Shown here piece by piece: positions 1-12,200 of a DNA stretch of 64,000 nt (within the stretch, counting starts at the first letter, position 1; every line of letters starts with the position of its first letter). The stretch comes from a virus. The stretch covers positions 1,076-65,075 of the IMG/VR virus record IMGVR_UViG_3300025886_000014; one strand, written 5' to 3'. The notes beneath the pieces were generated by a model. The model was not told where the DNA came from. It was given only the letters and a program-made list of their open reading frames with translations, and ran no database searches. Made by a program: the position numbers and the translations under genes.

Positions 1-2608
1 TAGAGAATGGATTTGTAATTGTATATTCTCGCACAAAACCTTTGGTGCTTGGACCACCAACAATTATCATTTTATTCTCAGAATCGTTTAATGCCATACC
101 AGTAATCAGACTATAATCAGGTAGTGTTGAAAAAGCAGAATCATATACCGCACTGTAAATTTCATTTGAATCTGATAGATTATACCTATGAACTTTCTGA
201 GCGGTAGTGCTTCTATTTTCAATAACATACATCTGTTTTCCATCAGAGGTTAATGTTACATCATGCAGCCGATTTGATGGAATGTAAGCATCTAAATTTA
301 AATATTTTTGTGTTTGTACCGTAACTGCTGAATTTAAATCCGCACTGTCATTATTTGCTGCACTGCTATTGGTGAGTTGAAATGATTGTATTTGAGTTTC
401 AGTAGTTTTTGGAAGATAGATAGTAGTTTCATCCTGATTAAGTTCAAACCCAGCACCAGCAGAAACATCTGTCACACCAAGTGTTGATCTTTCCACATCA
501 AAAGTTGCAGTTGAAACATCGTATGGAATTGACATGCTATATTGTCTTGTTATTGAGGAATTTGATAAATAAAATTTTGTTCCAATTCTATTCATTTTAA
601 AATGTTTTAGTCTTGGTGAAGCAATAATTTGAGGTGAACGTCTTGTATATGATCCACTCCAAGGTTGGATTATTCCAGCATCATTTTGCACAGTTGTTAT
701 ATCATATGGTGTAGACATTGTAAATTCATAAACGTAATTTGTATCATTATCCCAAATAAATATAGAACTGCCATCTGGTTTAAGTTCTATTCCCCAACAA
801 CTATATAATTTTGATTCTGTTACATTATCTGTATTTGGACTTTTTTGGCCTATACCATGGCTCACTGTAGCAGTGGGAGTTGCTGATGATATTAGCCAAG
901 GAGTTGTTAATGTGTATTGTTTTAACTGTCCTTTATCATAAGCACATCCCCATAAAATATATAATTTAGTACCATCAGCAGAAATTGTAAAGCATTGAGG
1001 ATATGCTGAGTGTATAAAATCGTATTGAATTTTATACCCAATAACTCTAAGTACTTGGTTTATCAATATAAATATTGAGTTTTTGTTAAAATGTGCAGCC
1101 CTTCTATATGTTGGAAAGGGACTATACCCTTCTGGTAATATTTCTCTGAAGTGTTGAGTAATTGTGGAAAATGTTGAATCAGTTCGTACATATCCATAAC
1201 CTTCTCTAGTATTACCACCACTACCACCTTTACCTCCAGGCCAATAAAATCTTTTTGTAGATTCAAAAATAGAAAACAATCCTACATAATTTGCAGTGCA
1301 TATTTGATCTTTATGACTTAAATCATGTTGCTTAATTCCATTAGCATCCATAATATAATAATGTTTGCCATCTTTTGATAAATGTGTGGTAAAAGTATTA
1401 TCATATATATTTTGTGTGGGATACCATTTTGTTATAAAGTTTCTAAACCAAGCAACATACGTGTAATCTCTAATCTGGCTGTTCGCTGATTGAGAAACAG
1501 TCACAGGATTTTGAATATTCGCGTTCTCATAATAATCAGTTTTATAATATGCAGAATCATCTAATTCGTATGGATTTGTAAGATCGTATTGGTATATATT
1601 ATTATGACCTTTATCTGCCAAAAATAATCTAGTACCAGAATCATTAAAATCTAAACCAAACAAATTACTTGAATTTATTGCTTCTGTAATACTGTTTGAA
1701 ATTCCTAAATTATTATATATTCCTAATGATTTATCTGGAGTAGATGTTGAGAACAATGAATCAACCCCATAAGGATTGTTAAGATTATATTGATCAACTG
1801 TTCTTCCACTACTTGAGTTATTCACAGCAAATAATTTTTTACCAGATATATTACCAGTTGATAATGAAGAATCAACATCATTAAAAACAATTCCTTGGCA
1901 ATTTGTCAAAAGTCTTAATGGTGATGATACCTTATATTTTACATCTGGTGCGCCTAATCCAATGTAATCGTAAAAGTCTGGAATATTTCCAAATGTGACA
2001 TGTGCTTGAGTTGGGGTATATTCAAGTGTAAAATAAAAACTATTTTCAAGATAGTTTGAATCTAAATTGCTTTTTTTTGGCAACCCACTTTTTCCACTGC
2101 CTGTAGCAATTTGTCCAGTAAATTTATAAACATCATTTGTAATTTCTTCTGTATATTCAGAATAATCATAATCTCCTGATGTTCTAGAAAGAACTGGTGT
2201 TATTGTATATTCGTTTCCAGAACCAACTAATTGTGAAATTGTTGGATTAAGTCTTTGGTTTGATGGACGATTTGCTATTGACCCCTTAGATACATGTGCA
2301 ATCCATTCAGTATCCATGTTAAAAAGATCAACATTATCAAGAATTCCAAGACTTGTACTAGTCAACTGTTGTACAGTCCAAGTTATAGGATTAGCATCAG
2401 AATCGTATTTATTGAGACTTACAATAGGTGTGTATGGGTCTGTATTTGGCGAAAAAGTAGAATCAAATGTTGAGAGATATATATCGTCTTTATATTCTAC
2501 TTTTTTAATCTCTTCATGTATAGCACCAACTGTTACATAATTTTGATTGAGGTACATTTTAAATTTTCTTGCGTCAGAATCGTAATATACTTGATATTCT
2601 TCTGGCAT
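1..2608 (-). CDS. Large virion/fibre-associated protein with beta-propeller-like repeats (partial, runs off left edge; absent from the ORF track)
   Basis: ATG at 2608 overlaps the TAA of the upstream ORF (TAATG). Manual translation begins MPEEYQVYYDSDARKFKMYLNQNY. The frame was open in the segments checked, including the last codons at the edge (VGGPSTKGFVREYTITNPFS). It has recurring LDFNDSGTRLFLAD..IYQYDLTNPY / QLKQYTLTTPW-type propeller repeats. Confidence 0.75.
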   Translation of the reverse strand, partial: MPEEYQVYYDSDARKFKMYLNQNYVTVGAIHEEIKKVEYKDDIYLSTFDSTFSPNTDPYTPIVSLNKYDSDANPITWTVQQLTSTSLGILDNVDLFNMDTEWIAHVSKGSIANRPSNQRLNPTISQLVGSGNEYTITPVLSRTSGDYDYSEYTEEITNDVYKFTGQIATGSGKSGLPKKSNLDSNYLENSFYFTLEYTPTQAHVTFGNIPDFYDYIGLGAPDVKYKVSSPLRLLTNCQGIVFNDVDSSLSTGNISGKKLFAVNNSSSGRTVDQYNLNNPYGVDSLFSTSTPDKSLGIYNNLGISNSITEAINSSNLFGLDFNDSGTRLFLADKGHNNIYQYDLTNPYELDDSAYYKTDYYENANIQNPVTVSQSANSQIRDYTYVAWFRNFITKWYPTQNIYDNTFTTHLSKDGKHYYIMDANGIKQHDLSHKDQICTANYVGLFSIFESTKRFYWPGGKGGSGGNTREGYGYVRTDSTFSTITQHFREILPEGYSPFPTYRRAAHFNKNSIFILINQVLRVIGYKIQYDFIHSAYPQCFTISADGTKLYILWGCAYDKGQLKQYTLTTPWLISSATPTATVSHGIGQKSPNTDNVTESKLYSCWGIELKPDGSSIFIWDNDTNYVYEFTMSTPYDITTVQNDAGIIQPWSGSYTRRSPQIIASPRLKHFKMNRIGTKFYLSNSSITRQYSMSIPYDVSTATFDVERSTLGVTDVSAGAGFELNQDETTIYLPKTTETQIQSFQLTNSSAANNDSADLNSAVTVQTQKYLNLDAYIPSNRLHDVTLTSDGKQMYVIENRSTTAQKVHRYNLSDSNEIYSAVYDSAFSTLPDYSLITGMALNDSENKMIIVGGPSTKGFVREYTITNPFS

Positions 2609-5600
2609 TATATTATACCCCCCGTTAGAGAAGATACGATAGGATCAAATATCATACTAGTTGAATCAAAATCAGGTGGAATACTATCTAAGGTTATATA
2701 CCTCATAAATTGTATATCGCCAAGCCAAGATATATCTAAACCGCTTGTGCCGTTATATTGAAATGAAATTTCCATCGGTGTAGCAGATGAATCTGTTGGT
2801 CTTGATAAACTATTTACAATTGGCCTCTTATTTTCAGAATCCACAGATTTTCCAATAAAATGTAAATGAGAGGTTCTATGCATGTTAGATTCTGATATAT
2901 CATATGCTTTAATATAGAAGGTTTTGTTGTCAGCATCATGACCTATTTGTAGAATAGGAGTTTGATAATTATCAACAGAATATGTCCAATCAATACTATC
3001 TCCTCTATCATCAGAATCTTTAAGGTGTATCAAAAAACTTGGCCTCGCGAAAGCAAGATTAGAATCTGGTTGATATATGTATGTGTGATCATCTCCTGTT
3101 ATAGTTCCAATATATGAACCACTTGATTCTTGAACTAATGGAGAATTAAATCCACCGAAGCCATCAGATTCATATATAGGCATAGTTTTCCTAATAGGTC
3201 TATAGTTTGAATCTTCAACTAATCCCAATGTCATATTTTGTGGTCTTGGTGCAACATCTGCATTAGTGTATTGCCAATCAGCGGGTGGCGCACCAGTGGT
3301 TTTGAAAGGCATCTTGAAATCAATATTAGCACCTTCACCAAATACTCCAGTGCCATATTGTTCACTTGGATTATCATCAACTAATATAGTATAAGCACTT
3401 TCTAAAGCATTTGGTAAAATACCTACTTTGCGCCACGATTTAACATCAGCAGTGTATGGACTATTTTCATTCGCTAAAATGGATGAACCATCATGAGCCG
3501 TTAGGAAAACATCATCTGGGTCTTTTGTAAGTTTGTCACCAAACCCAAATTCTGTTAAAAATTGTGCAGTGTAATCATTACCATTTCTTTTTTGGTTTCT
3601 AGTTAAACGAAATTCTTTTAGCAGAAAATCTCCATATACATCTTCATAAATTCCAAGAGTAGGATTCCAAGAGTCTTTTTTATTAAACATGATGTTATCT
3701 GTACTAATCAGAGAATTTATGTCTAAATTTATTGAACTACTATCTACCTTTATACCATCTATATAAGTTCTAATTACATTAGAGTCTCCACTGTAGTTTA
3801 AAGATGTGGAGAACCAATCACCTAAAGTATAAGGTACATTATGTAATTTACTTTTTGAAATACCGTGTGTTATAGTACCATCAGTGCCATAACTAAGTAC
3901 AGTATCTACAATTTGAGGATTTAAGATTAAATGTGTACTACTATCATTTTTTATCGTAGGTGCTGAATCAATAGTATATTGGAGAGCATACTTATTACTA
4001 TCATGGATAATAAAATCTCTAATATAACGAAATTTACTTGCTGCTACATAATCATCTATATACCACTCTGACATAGGATTTCCTGTAGTGAAAGTTGTAT
4101 CTACAGTACTTTGATTTATTAAAAGTTTTCCTTCAAATGTTGGAGAATTAGTGGGATTAAGTAAATCATATGTTGGACCAAAATCTTTTTGAAAAATACA
4201 ATCTTTAATTATAATTTCATTAACATTAACTTTACTGTTTTTATAAGACGAATAATTATTTCTATTTGGAACTAACCATGATTTATAGTTTGTAAATATG
4301 CATCCTTCAAATTTTATGATATTATCTGATGATCCTGCATCGCGAGAAGATTGATATGTTCTCCACCCAATGTCTTTATTATTAAAATCAAAAATGCATT
4401 TGAACGCAATACCATGTGCGCTTTTAAAAATAATATCAGGGTTGTAAGAATGATATTCTGCTTTCTTGATATTCATAAATGCAAGTTGAGTATTTGATGT
4501 AGTTGCTTCATCAAAAATCCTATGTACTTTAATTTTCAATTCTACATCATTAGGATTATCTGTTGTACCACAAATTAAAAATCCTACGTCAAAAAAGATA
4601 CTAGTCTTGGTGTTATAATGGGTTTGAGTACCAGTTTGTGAAGCCGAAACTTCATATTTTCCAGTAGGTAGAACTAAAGCGTCACCTTCAGATAATCCAG
4701 CCAAAGCCGTTTTTATATCAGTATTTTGACCACCAGAATAATGTACTATAGACCCTCCAGTTTTAGCAACATAGTCTGTTGCATATTGCAATCCAGTTTG
4801 TTCACCTCTATTATTTCTTACTGCTTCAGCAATTGTAACAGAACAATCTTTAAAGTCACTATACATTTGAGGATTATATAATAAACTAGATTTTAAAGTC
4901 CCTTGCCAACTATCACCAAGAGAGTCCATACCAAATGCACCATCTCCAGAAGAACTTGAAGCATTTCTATCAGCAGAAGGAATAGTTTCTATTAGATCAA
5001 CTGGATCAAGTTTCCATGAATTAGCACCTATTCTGACCTTTGAATGAGAATGTACACACCATTTTCTATGTTCAAAATTGTCAAAAAGCCTCCCCCTTCT
5101 AAATTTGTGCATCAGTGCTAGAGATGTATGCATCGCCCCTTTGTTTACATCGGACTGATATCCTCTGGTATCCTTTGAACTTATGGTGCGAATAAAATAT
5201 GGATAATCACTGAAAGGCCAAGTCGTGCCTTGGTCTGAAAGATACTCTGCTGGTGCTAAACCTTGAGAACCATCAATAGATAACATTATCTGGTGTAATA
5301 TTCTAAAATTAAAATATCTATCATGATTATCACTCGTTATTCCTGGATACCAAGATTCGTAATATGCTTTGAATGAAACGGCAATGTTTTGGTTCAAATA
5401 TGGCGAATAGGCGTCACCTCTATGATCAGGTTCTATGATCATTCCACCTACGTTTACGCCGTTTGAGTTATGATTTTGCGGGTAATAACTTGCTGGTGGT
5501 CCAGGCCATTGAGATGGTCTAATAGTACCAAACTTGCTGGCTTGTCGGTTATATTGATTTTCAGGTATTTGACTATCAGGCATTTCTAAATCATCATTGA

Positions 5601-8600
5601 TCCAATCTATATTAGTTATAACACCCCCCACATTTTTATGTGTACCCAATCGTTCACCTAAACCTCCAAATACACCATCAATTATTAGGGCGTCTTTTTT
5701 AAGAGTATTAATATATGGTTGAATATTATTAATTACTTTAAATTGATTAAAAGCACCTTCACCATAATCGCCAGGGTAGTACACACCACGATTCTGACCG
5801 CGAGTATCGCTGACAGCATTAATGTTTTTAGTTCCATCCGTAGAAGAAATCTTTTCTCCCTTTTTTAACATAATACTATAAGGAGCATCATTCTCAGGAA
5901 AATCTACATAACCGATATATGCAGCACTCGCGAATATATAAATTCTACTATCTGGTTCTGATATGATATAAGATACACGCTCACTTCCAAAATCCTTAAC
6001 CATAGGATATACATCTGTTTGATATGCCGAAGCACCAAATCCATCATCACCCAATCCCCCTCTAGGGACAAATTTATCAGGAGCAATTGAACCAAAAGAC
6101 TGTGGATGAGGGGCTGTTGGAAAACCATCTCCCATATCCCCCTTCCCAGAAGGTTGTTTGTAACGTTGATTAGTATTATAAACTTGGGTATCAAGATATG
6201 GCGAAACATACCTATAATCTACATAGGTATGGGTGGCTCTGTGCCTTCTAAGTGAGGACCATGCACCTGTAGAACCAGTTTTAGTCGGATCACCAGAGTA
6301 TCTATCTATAGGTCTATTAAATTGTGCATTTCCTCCATAATAATCGTCTGAGTTATCATACTGAGATGTTTTGGAAAGGCCATCAATTCTGAAGTTACTC
6401 ATTTGTCCATACGTTTCACTAACAAATTGCCCATTAGTATACATATAAGGGTGAACACCAATTTTAGATGTTTCAAAAAGAGTTAAATATACTGGACAAT
6501 TTGTTCTATTATATTTATGAGCATTAGTTTTGGCAAGTTCTGGTCCATAAAATACCGATTTTTGAGCAAACCACATACCAGTGTAATCAGCAGGATGACC
6601 ACTTCTATTATCAGCAGGGTCTATTTCAATGTAATAAGTTTTAGTACCACCCTTGTGTATTGATACGTTATCAATATAAGTATAATTTCCAGCAGAAAAA
6701 ACTCTCGCCCCGCCTAATAAATCCCCTCTAGTACCATATCCTGGAATTGCATTTTGATTTTTATTAAGCGCAACCCCAGCAGTGCCTTCCCGCGCCATTG
6801 GCGTAACTGAAGCAGGTGTAAGACAGTCAACTATTTCTTGGTGTGTCCAAGGATCATAGTCACTTCCTAAACTAGAATTCCACCTATCTCCCCAATATGT
6901 TGTTAATCCACCTACTGGTTGTCCTGGAGTTGATCCAGATTGTAAATACTGCCCTTTATTATTATTATGCCACTCCTTTATAAAATCAACTGCCCACTTT
7001 TCTTGTTTTAGTCCAATATTTTCTGACATTCCATCAGTTTGTTTAGCCTTATATGCAGCCTCTGCACCAAATTTAAGACCAGTTCCAAGACTACTAAAAA
7101 GACTAGCGTTACCTGTCGCAACACCATCGCGCCGCCAATTAGCAGGTGCGGTATCAAACGCTGCTGCGTTAATGGTATTGTTGCGGTGTTTGGTAATGTC
7201 ATCTTCCAGAAAAATTGATCCTAATGGTGCTGGCTTGTTTTCATTACGCAGTGGTGGAGCCGAAAGAAAATCCACTGAATTATGGCTTTTATGCCCATTC
7301 TCATCGTATCCCGCGAGTGGTAAATAATCATCAGTATACCAACGATCAGGTCTGTGATATCCCAAATCAAACGCTTCTGGATATTTTTGAATATGCATAT
7401 AATATCTAGCGATAAACGAATAAATAAGACCTCTACTGTTGATTGAATACACTTCACCGCTGGGAATGACAGCCCCAGTATCATCTAGGTTCCGAATTCC
7501 ACCACTAAGATAACGATTGTTTCCCACAAACCGAGCAGCGGTGCTTTTTTCCCATTGCGGCATCCACATCCATTGAAGAGTAATACCGTAATACTGCTTT
7601 CTGTGGTCAATATCATAAGCAGGAGTGTAACCATCTGCATGAGTATATCCAGGAATATTTTGCTTACTTGCGCTGGGAATATTTTCATTTAAATTATCGT
7701 AAAAATGTTGTGGTCTATAACCATCAACGGCATTTGCCATAGTATATTTTGCGATTAATCGCGCATTTGCATTATCTCCACTGATCCCACCTGACGAACC
7801 AAAACACCAAAGAGGAAATCCAACATATCCATTGTTTATGCGGCTATTAATATATTTATAACGTGTATGTTGTAGATTGAGAGGACGTCTTGTTACTTTA
7901 CTTATATCTTGTTCACCGTCAACAGTGCAATCTTCATTTGTATATGCTAGTTTGCTTAACTTTTGAACAGTAGGATAATCATAATAATAGTTCCAAGACC
8001 CATCTTGCTCATTATTAAATGTACTATAAGGAAATATATCAGTATTATAATTCTCAGCACCATCTGATCTACTTCTAGTGGATGAATCCAACATTGAAGG
8101 TGAATTTGTAAATGTTGCATTACTCAAATCTTCAAAAGAAGTCAAAGCCCATTGTCGTGCAGGTAAAGATTTATTAATAGAATTAGAACCTTGATAATTA
8201 CTATCAATCCATAACCTAACTCTTCCTGGATCAGTGTTTACGTCCCAAGAAATTGTATGAATATCATTATCTGTTGGTGCTGGAACTATTAATGATGGTC
8301 CATCAGCACCACCCGCTGATAACTTTAAATCGGCTCCAGAGTTTATAGTTTGTAATTGTACTCTATTTACCGCACCGCCCATGTAAAATAAAGTTTTATC
8401 TGTTGGTGACATTGTTGTTTGAACGGTCCATGAAGAAGGAACTTTTCTGTCCATAGTAAAAATATTCATAAAACCACTATCAATAATATATTTAACAGAT
8501 GCACCATCATCAGGAGTTCTAGTTAATTCAACAGAATCTCCGTTTTTCCATAATTCATAATTAAATCCATCAAATGTAAGTGCATTATGCGTCCAAGTGT

Positions 8601-9216
8601 TTGCGTCAAGACTACTGGCACTAGAGGTATACTGAACCCCATTTACAATAATTCCTTCTTCATTTAATACTAAAATATCTTTAAATTTATCCATTACAGC
8701 AAAAACGGTGTCATTTGTTGCAGAATTTTCTTTACGATACCAAAATTCAATAGTAAATGGCGAAAATAATACCATACTATCAAGGCTACTATCAACAGTA
8801 ATAAAGTCAAGACTACTATCAAAAAATAATGAAGAATTTCCATTATTATATGGCCCATGTTTAACTGCTTGAGTACGACCATATTGAGTGATTGTATGGG
8901 AATCTGAAGAAAAATCTAAAATAGAAGAAACTCTTGGATTTGCTATATCAAATATTGAAAAATCATCAGCAATACTTTTATTCATCCAGAATTCTATACT
9001 AAAAGAATCTCTTACCCCAGGAGATAAAAAATCAAAAAATGTGCTATCTAACCTTAAATGTGTACCATCATCAAAATTATAAGAAAATGATGAGGTAGTG
9101 CTTAAATCAAAAAATCTGTAAATAGCATTATTTTTTTTTACTACTGCCTCATCACCTTCAACAACATCAACCGAAGATATGTCGGCCTCTGTATTACATA
9201 TTTGAATATTACTCAT
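2608..9216 (-). CDS. 2202-aa virion structural/receptor-binding protein with N-terminal LamG/concanavalin-like domain
   Basis: ORF track. LamG-like motifs FTIEFW...WTHNALTFDG..YELWKNG near the N-terminus, with a second similar motif (YIDG) near the C-terminus. GGAG Shine-Dalgarno before the ATG. Lies among fibre genes. Confidence 0.6.
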   Translation of the reverse strand: MSNIQICNTEADISSVDVVEGDEAVVKKNNAIYRFFDLSTTSSFSYNFDDGTHLRLDSTFFDFLSPGVRDSFSIEFWMNKSIADDFSIFDIANPRVSSILDFSSDSHTITQYGRTQAVKHGPYNNGNSSLFFDSSLDFITVDSSLDSMVLFSPFTIEFWYRKENSATNDTVFAVMDKFKDILVLNEEGIIVNGVQYTSSASSLDANTWTHNALTFDGFNYELWKNGDSVELTRTPDDGASVKYIIDSGFMNIFTMDRKVPSSWTVQTTMSPTDKTLFYMGGAVNRVQLQTINSGADLKLSAGGADGPSLIVPAPTDNDIHTISWDVNTDPGRVRLWIDSNYQGSNSINKSLPARQWALTSFEDLSNATFTNSPSMLDSSTRSRSDGAENYNTDIFPYSTFNNEQDGSWNYYYDYPTVQKLSKLAYTNEDCTVDGEQDISKVTRRPLNLQHTRYKYINSRINNGYVGFPLWCFGSSGGISGDNANARLIAKYTMANAVDGYRPQHFYDNLNENIPSASKQNIPGYTHADGYTPAYDIDHRKQYYGITLQWMWMPQWEKSTAARFVGNNRYLSGGIRNLDDTGAVIPSGEVYSINSRGLIYSFIARYYMHIQKYPEAFDLGYHRPDRWYTDDYLPLAGYDENGHKSHNSVDFLSAPPLRNENKPAPLGSIFLEDDITKHRNNTINAAAFDTAPANWRRDGVATGNASLFSSLGTGLKFGAEAAYKAKQTDGMSENIGLKQEKWAVDFIKEWHNNNKGQYLQSGSTPGQPVGGLTTYWGDRWNSSLGSDYDPWTHQEIVDCLTPASVTPMAREGTAGVALNKNQNAIPGYGTRGDLLGGARVFSAGNYTYIDNVSIHKGGTKTYYIEIDPADNRSGHPADYTGMWFAQKSVFYGPELAKTNAHKYNRTNCPVYLTLFETSKIGVHPYMYTNGQFVSETYGQMSNFRIDGLSKTSQYDNSDDYYGGNAQFNRPIDRYSGDPTKTGSTGAWSSLRRHRATHTYVDYRYVSPYLDTQVYNTNQRYKQPSGKGDMGDGFPTAPHPQSFGSIAPDKFVPRGGLGDDGFGASAYQTDVYPMVKDFGSERVSYIISEPDSRIYIFASAAYIGYVDFPENDAPYSIMLKKGEKISSTDGTKNINAVSDTRGQNRGVYYPGDYGEGAFNQFKVINNIQPYINTLKKDALIIDGVFGGLGERLGTHKNVGGVITNIDWINDDLEMPDSQIPENQYNRQASKFGTIRPSQWPGPPASYYPQNHNSNGVNVGGMIIEPDHRGDAYSPYLNQNIAVSFKAYYESWYPGITSDNHDRYFNFRILHQIMLSIDGSQGLAPAEYLSDQGTTWPFSDYPYFIRTISSKDTRGYQSDVNKGAMHTSLALMHKFRRGRLFDNFEHRKWCVHSHSKVRIGANSWKLDPVDLIETIPSADRNASSSSGDGAFGMDSLGDSWQGTLKSSLLYNPQMYSDFKDCSVTIAEAVRNNRGEQTGLQYATDYVAKTGGSIVHYSGGQNTDIKTALAGLSEGDALVLPTGKYEVSASQTGTQTHYNTKTSIFFDVGFLICGTTDNPNDVELKIKVHRIFDEATTSNTQLAFMNIKKAEYHSYNPDIIFKSAHGIAFKCIFDFNNKDIGWRTYQSSRDAGSSDNIIKFEGCIFTNYKSWLVPNRNNYSSYKNSKVNVNEIIIKDCIFQKDFGPTYDLLNPTNSPTFEGKLLINQSTVDTTFTTGNPMSEWYIDDYVAASKFRYIRDFIIHDSNKYALQYTIDSAPTIKNDSSTHLILNPQIVDTVLSYGTDGTITHGISKSKLHNVPYTLGDWFSTSLNYSGDSNVIRTYIDGIKVDSSSINLDINSLISTDNIMFNKKDSWNPTLGIYEDVYGDFLLKEFRLTRNQKRNGNDYTAQFLTEFGFGDKLTKDPDDVFLTAHDGSSILANENSPYTADVKSWRKVGILPNALESAYTILVDDNPSEQYGTGVFGEGANIDFKMPFKTTGAPPADWQYTNADVAPRPQNMTLGLVEDSNYRPIRKTMPIYESDGFGGFNSPLVQESSGSYIGTITGDDHTYIYQPDSNLAFARPSFLIHLKDSDDRGDSIDWTYSVDNYQTPILQIGHDADNKTFYIKAYDISESNMHRTSHLHFIGKSVDSENKRPIVNSLSRPTDSSATPMEISFQYNGTSGLDISWLGDIQFMRYITLDSIPPDFDSTSMIFDPIVSSLTGGII

Positions 9217-12200
9217 TTATTTCTCCGTAAATAACCAACCATTTGCAACATTATAGTACACTAACCCAAACGCTGCCCGATCAACATCAATAGTCAAGTC
9301 AGAATCACTTGCTTCTATTTTATGACCGTTCCTATTTATAGTAATATTATTAGTGTTTGCATTTCCAGTACCATCAATAAATCTAATTTCATCACCCAAA
9401 TTAGCCGAAACTGGAAGATTAATAGTCTTGGCAGTAGACGTATCAATAATCAATCTTTGATTAGCAGTTGCGGTTATTGGTGTACTAGTGATTTCTGTCC
9501 AATTTGCCGCGCCAGCAGTTGTTCTTGCCGCAACATAAGCACTATCAACAAGGGTAGTAACAGAAGAGATGCCTATTCCAGTTGGATTAGATTTTACCCA
9601 TTGAGAAGTATTATCACTATCAGTATAGTAAACATAAGTTTCAAGGACTTCTGGATCAAACCACATGGAACCTACGCTTGGTGATGCAGGAGGATTATCT
9701 GAAATTGTTAATCCACCACCACTACTACTTGACCTTGCTGCAACGTATGCACTATCAATCATATTAATAATAGATGCACTATCTGTTCCAGCGGTAACCC
9801 TCGCAGCAACATAAGCACTATCCACTACAGAACTAACTGCCGAATTTATAGTACTTGTACTAGCACCTATTTGACTTAATGCGTTGATAACAATCTCATC
9901 ACCAGAATTTGCGGCATTAATAAGTGTAATTGTACTTGAACTTGTTGTATTATAGTCCACACCCTTTAATAAATTTATACCATTTAAGAATACAGTAACT
10001 GAATTAACACTATAGTTAAGTGTATTTGAATTTTGATCTGAGCCAGTAAATACTGTTTGATTTGATGTTGCTGTATAGTAATAAGATGTGATGGTTGATG
10101 TAAACGAACCACTTCCACCGCCAGAAGTTTGTCTTGCTTGAACATAAGCACTATCTACTAACGCTATAATAGATGCACTATCTACAGAACCACCACCGCC
10201 AGAAGTTTGTCTTGCTTGAACATAAGCACTATCTACAGTAGATGAAATATCATCAAAGTTTGCTAATTTTACCCAATTTCCAGCGTGAGCGAAGTAACCT
10301 TTTCCAGTACCATGAACGTGAGCAAACATTCCATGATATGTTGATGCGCTTGGAAGATCACCTTCTACCGAATATACATTTGAGTAAAGCATTTTTCCAG
10401 TGGTAGTAATATTGTTACTACCCATGTCAATCGCACCTGTCATAGTGCCACCAGAGAGAGGTAATTTAGCGGCAATACTATTTGTTAAAGTAGTGGAGAA
10501 ATTAGCGTCATCTCCAATCGCCGCCGCCAATTCATTGAGCGTATCCAGTGCAGCAGGTGCTGAAGCGACCAATGCCGCCGCTGCACTATCAGCAATTGAT
10601 CTTATATCTGAAGTTCTTGCTAATTCATGCCAATCAGCACCAACAGCAATTTTTGGAAGTTGTGCTTGGTTATCATATACAACCATACCTTTATATGTTG
10701 TAGCACTTGGTAATTGATTAGTGAAAGCAAAAGTATTATTATAGTAAATCGTATTACCACCAAAGTCAACATCTCTAGTCCCAATACCAGTAATTGGATT
10801 AATATGCGCTGAGTCTATTATACCTCTAATGTAAGGAGTAGAAATAAATCCTTGGATATATCCACTATCTGCTATACCTTTAACATATTCACTATCAATG
10901 AAAGTTTTCACATAATTTGAGTCTGCATGAGTTTTTATGTGACTTGAATCTGCAATTCCTAGAATATGTGGGATTGTTACTTTATTAAACGGTACTCTGA
11001 GATCAACATAAGCACTATCAACAAATCCCAATATCGCATCCGAATCTATTCCTAGAACTTTAGCAGAATTACCAGCATTATCTGTAACTTTTAGTCCAGC
11101 AGGAGCAGCCGTTATTCTAGTGTTACCTATGTTTATTGTACTACCACTTAGATATAAATCTTTGAATTTCTTGGTAGGTGAACCAAGATCAAAGGCACTA
11201 TCTAATTCTGGAAGAATATGACCAGTTGCCGCTAATTTAGCATCAATAACAGTTGTCACATATGCAGAATCCGCTGCCGATAAAATGAACGCACTGTCAT
11301 ACTTTGTATCTGTAATATTAAATACATATGCACTGTCCATGAAACCTTTTACATAACTTGAATCCGCAATTCCTTTGACATAAGATGAATCTATATGAGT
11401 TTTTAGATAATTAGAATCTGCTGCTGATTGAATGTGGTTTGAATCTGCGATTCCTTTAATAAATGCAGAATCAATATTATTAGAAGTTTTCACATATGCA
11501 GGGGTTATGATGCCTTTAATATATGAAGAATCTATATTAACTTTAAGATAATTAGAGTCTGCAATTCCTAAGACATAGGCACTATTAATGAAAGTTTTTA
11601 CATAATTTGAGTCTGCAATTCCTAAGACATAACCAGACGATGCCACAGTTTTTACATAATTTGAGTCTGCAATTCCTAAGACATAACCAGACGATGCCAC
11701 AGTTTTTACATAATCTGAATCCGCTGCTGAGAGGAAGAGCGCACTATCATATTTTCCATCAGTAATACTGAATACATACGCACTATCAATGAAACTTTTT
11801 ATATAATTTGAATCTGCCTTTGATCTTACATATTCTTGAGTAACTGCTGAGAATATCCAATTAGAGTCAGCGCGAAGTTGGACATAAGAACTATCAATGA
11901 AGTGTGATATCGCATCTGAATCTATTCCACCAAACTTTAAAAGATTTCCAGCACTATCAGAAAGTTCCAAACCACTTGCATTAGAAGATATTATGACTTC
12001 TCCAAGTGAAATTGAGTTTCCACTTAGATATATATCTCTAAATCTTTCAGTAGGTGATCCTAAATCATATATCGTATCTAAGGCTGGAATTATATCTCCT
12101 ACTGCTTTGTGAGTTGACATAATATAAGCACTATCAATATTCAATTCAGTTTTTACATAATCTTCAGTTACTGTGGTTTTTACCCAATCTGAGTCATAAA

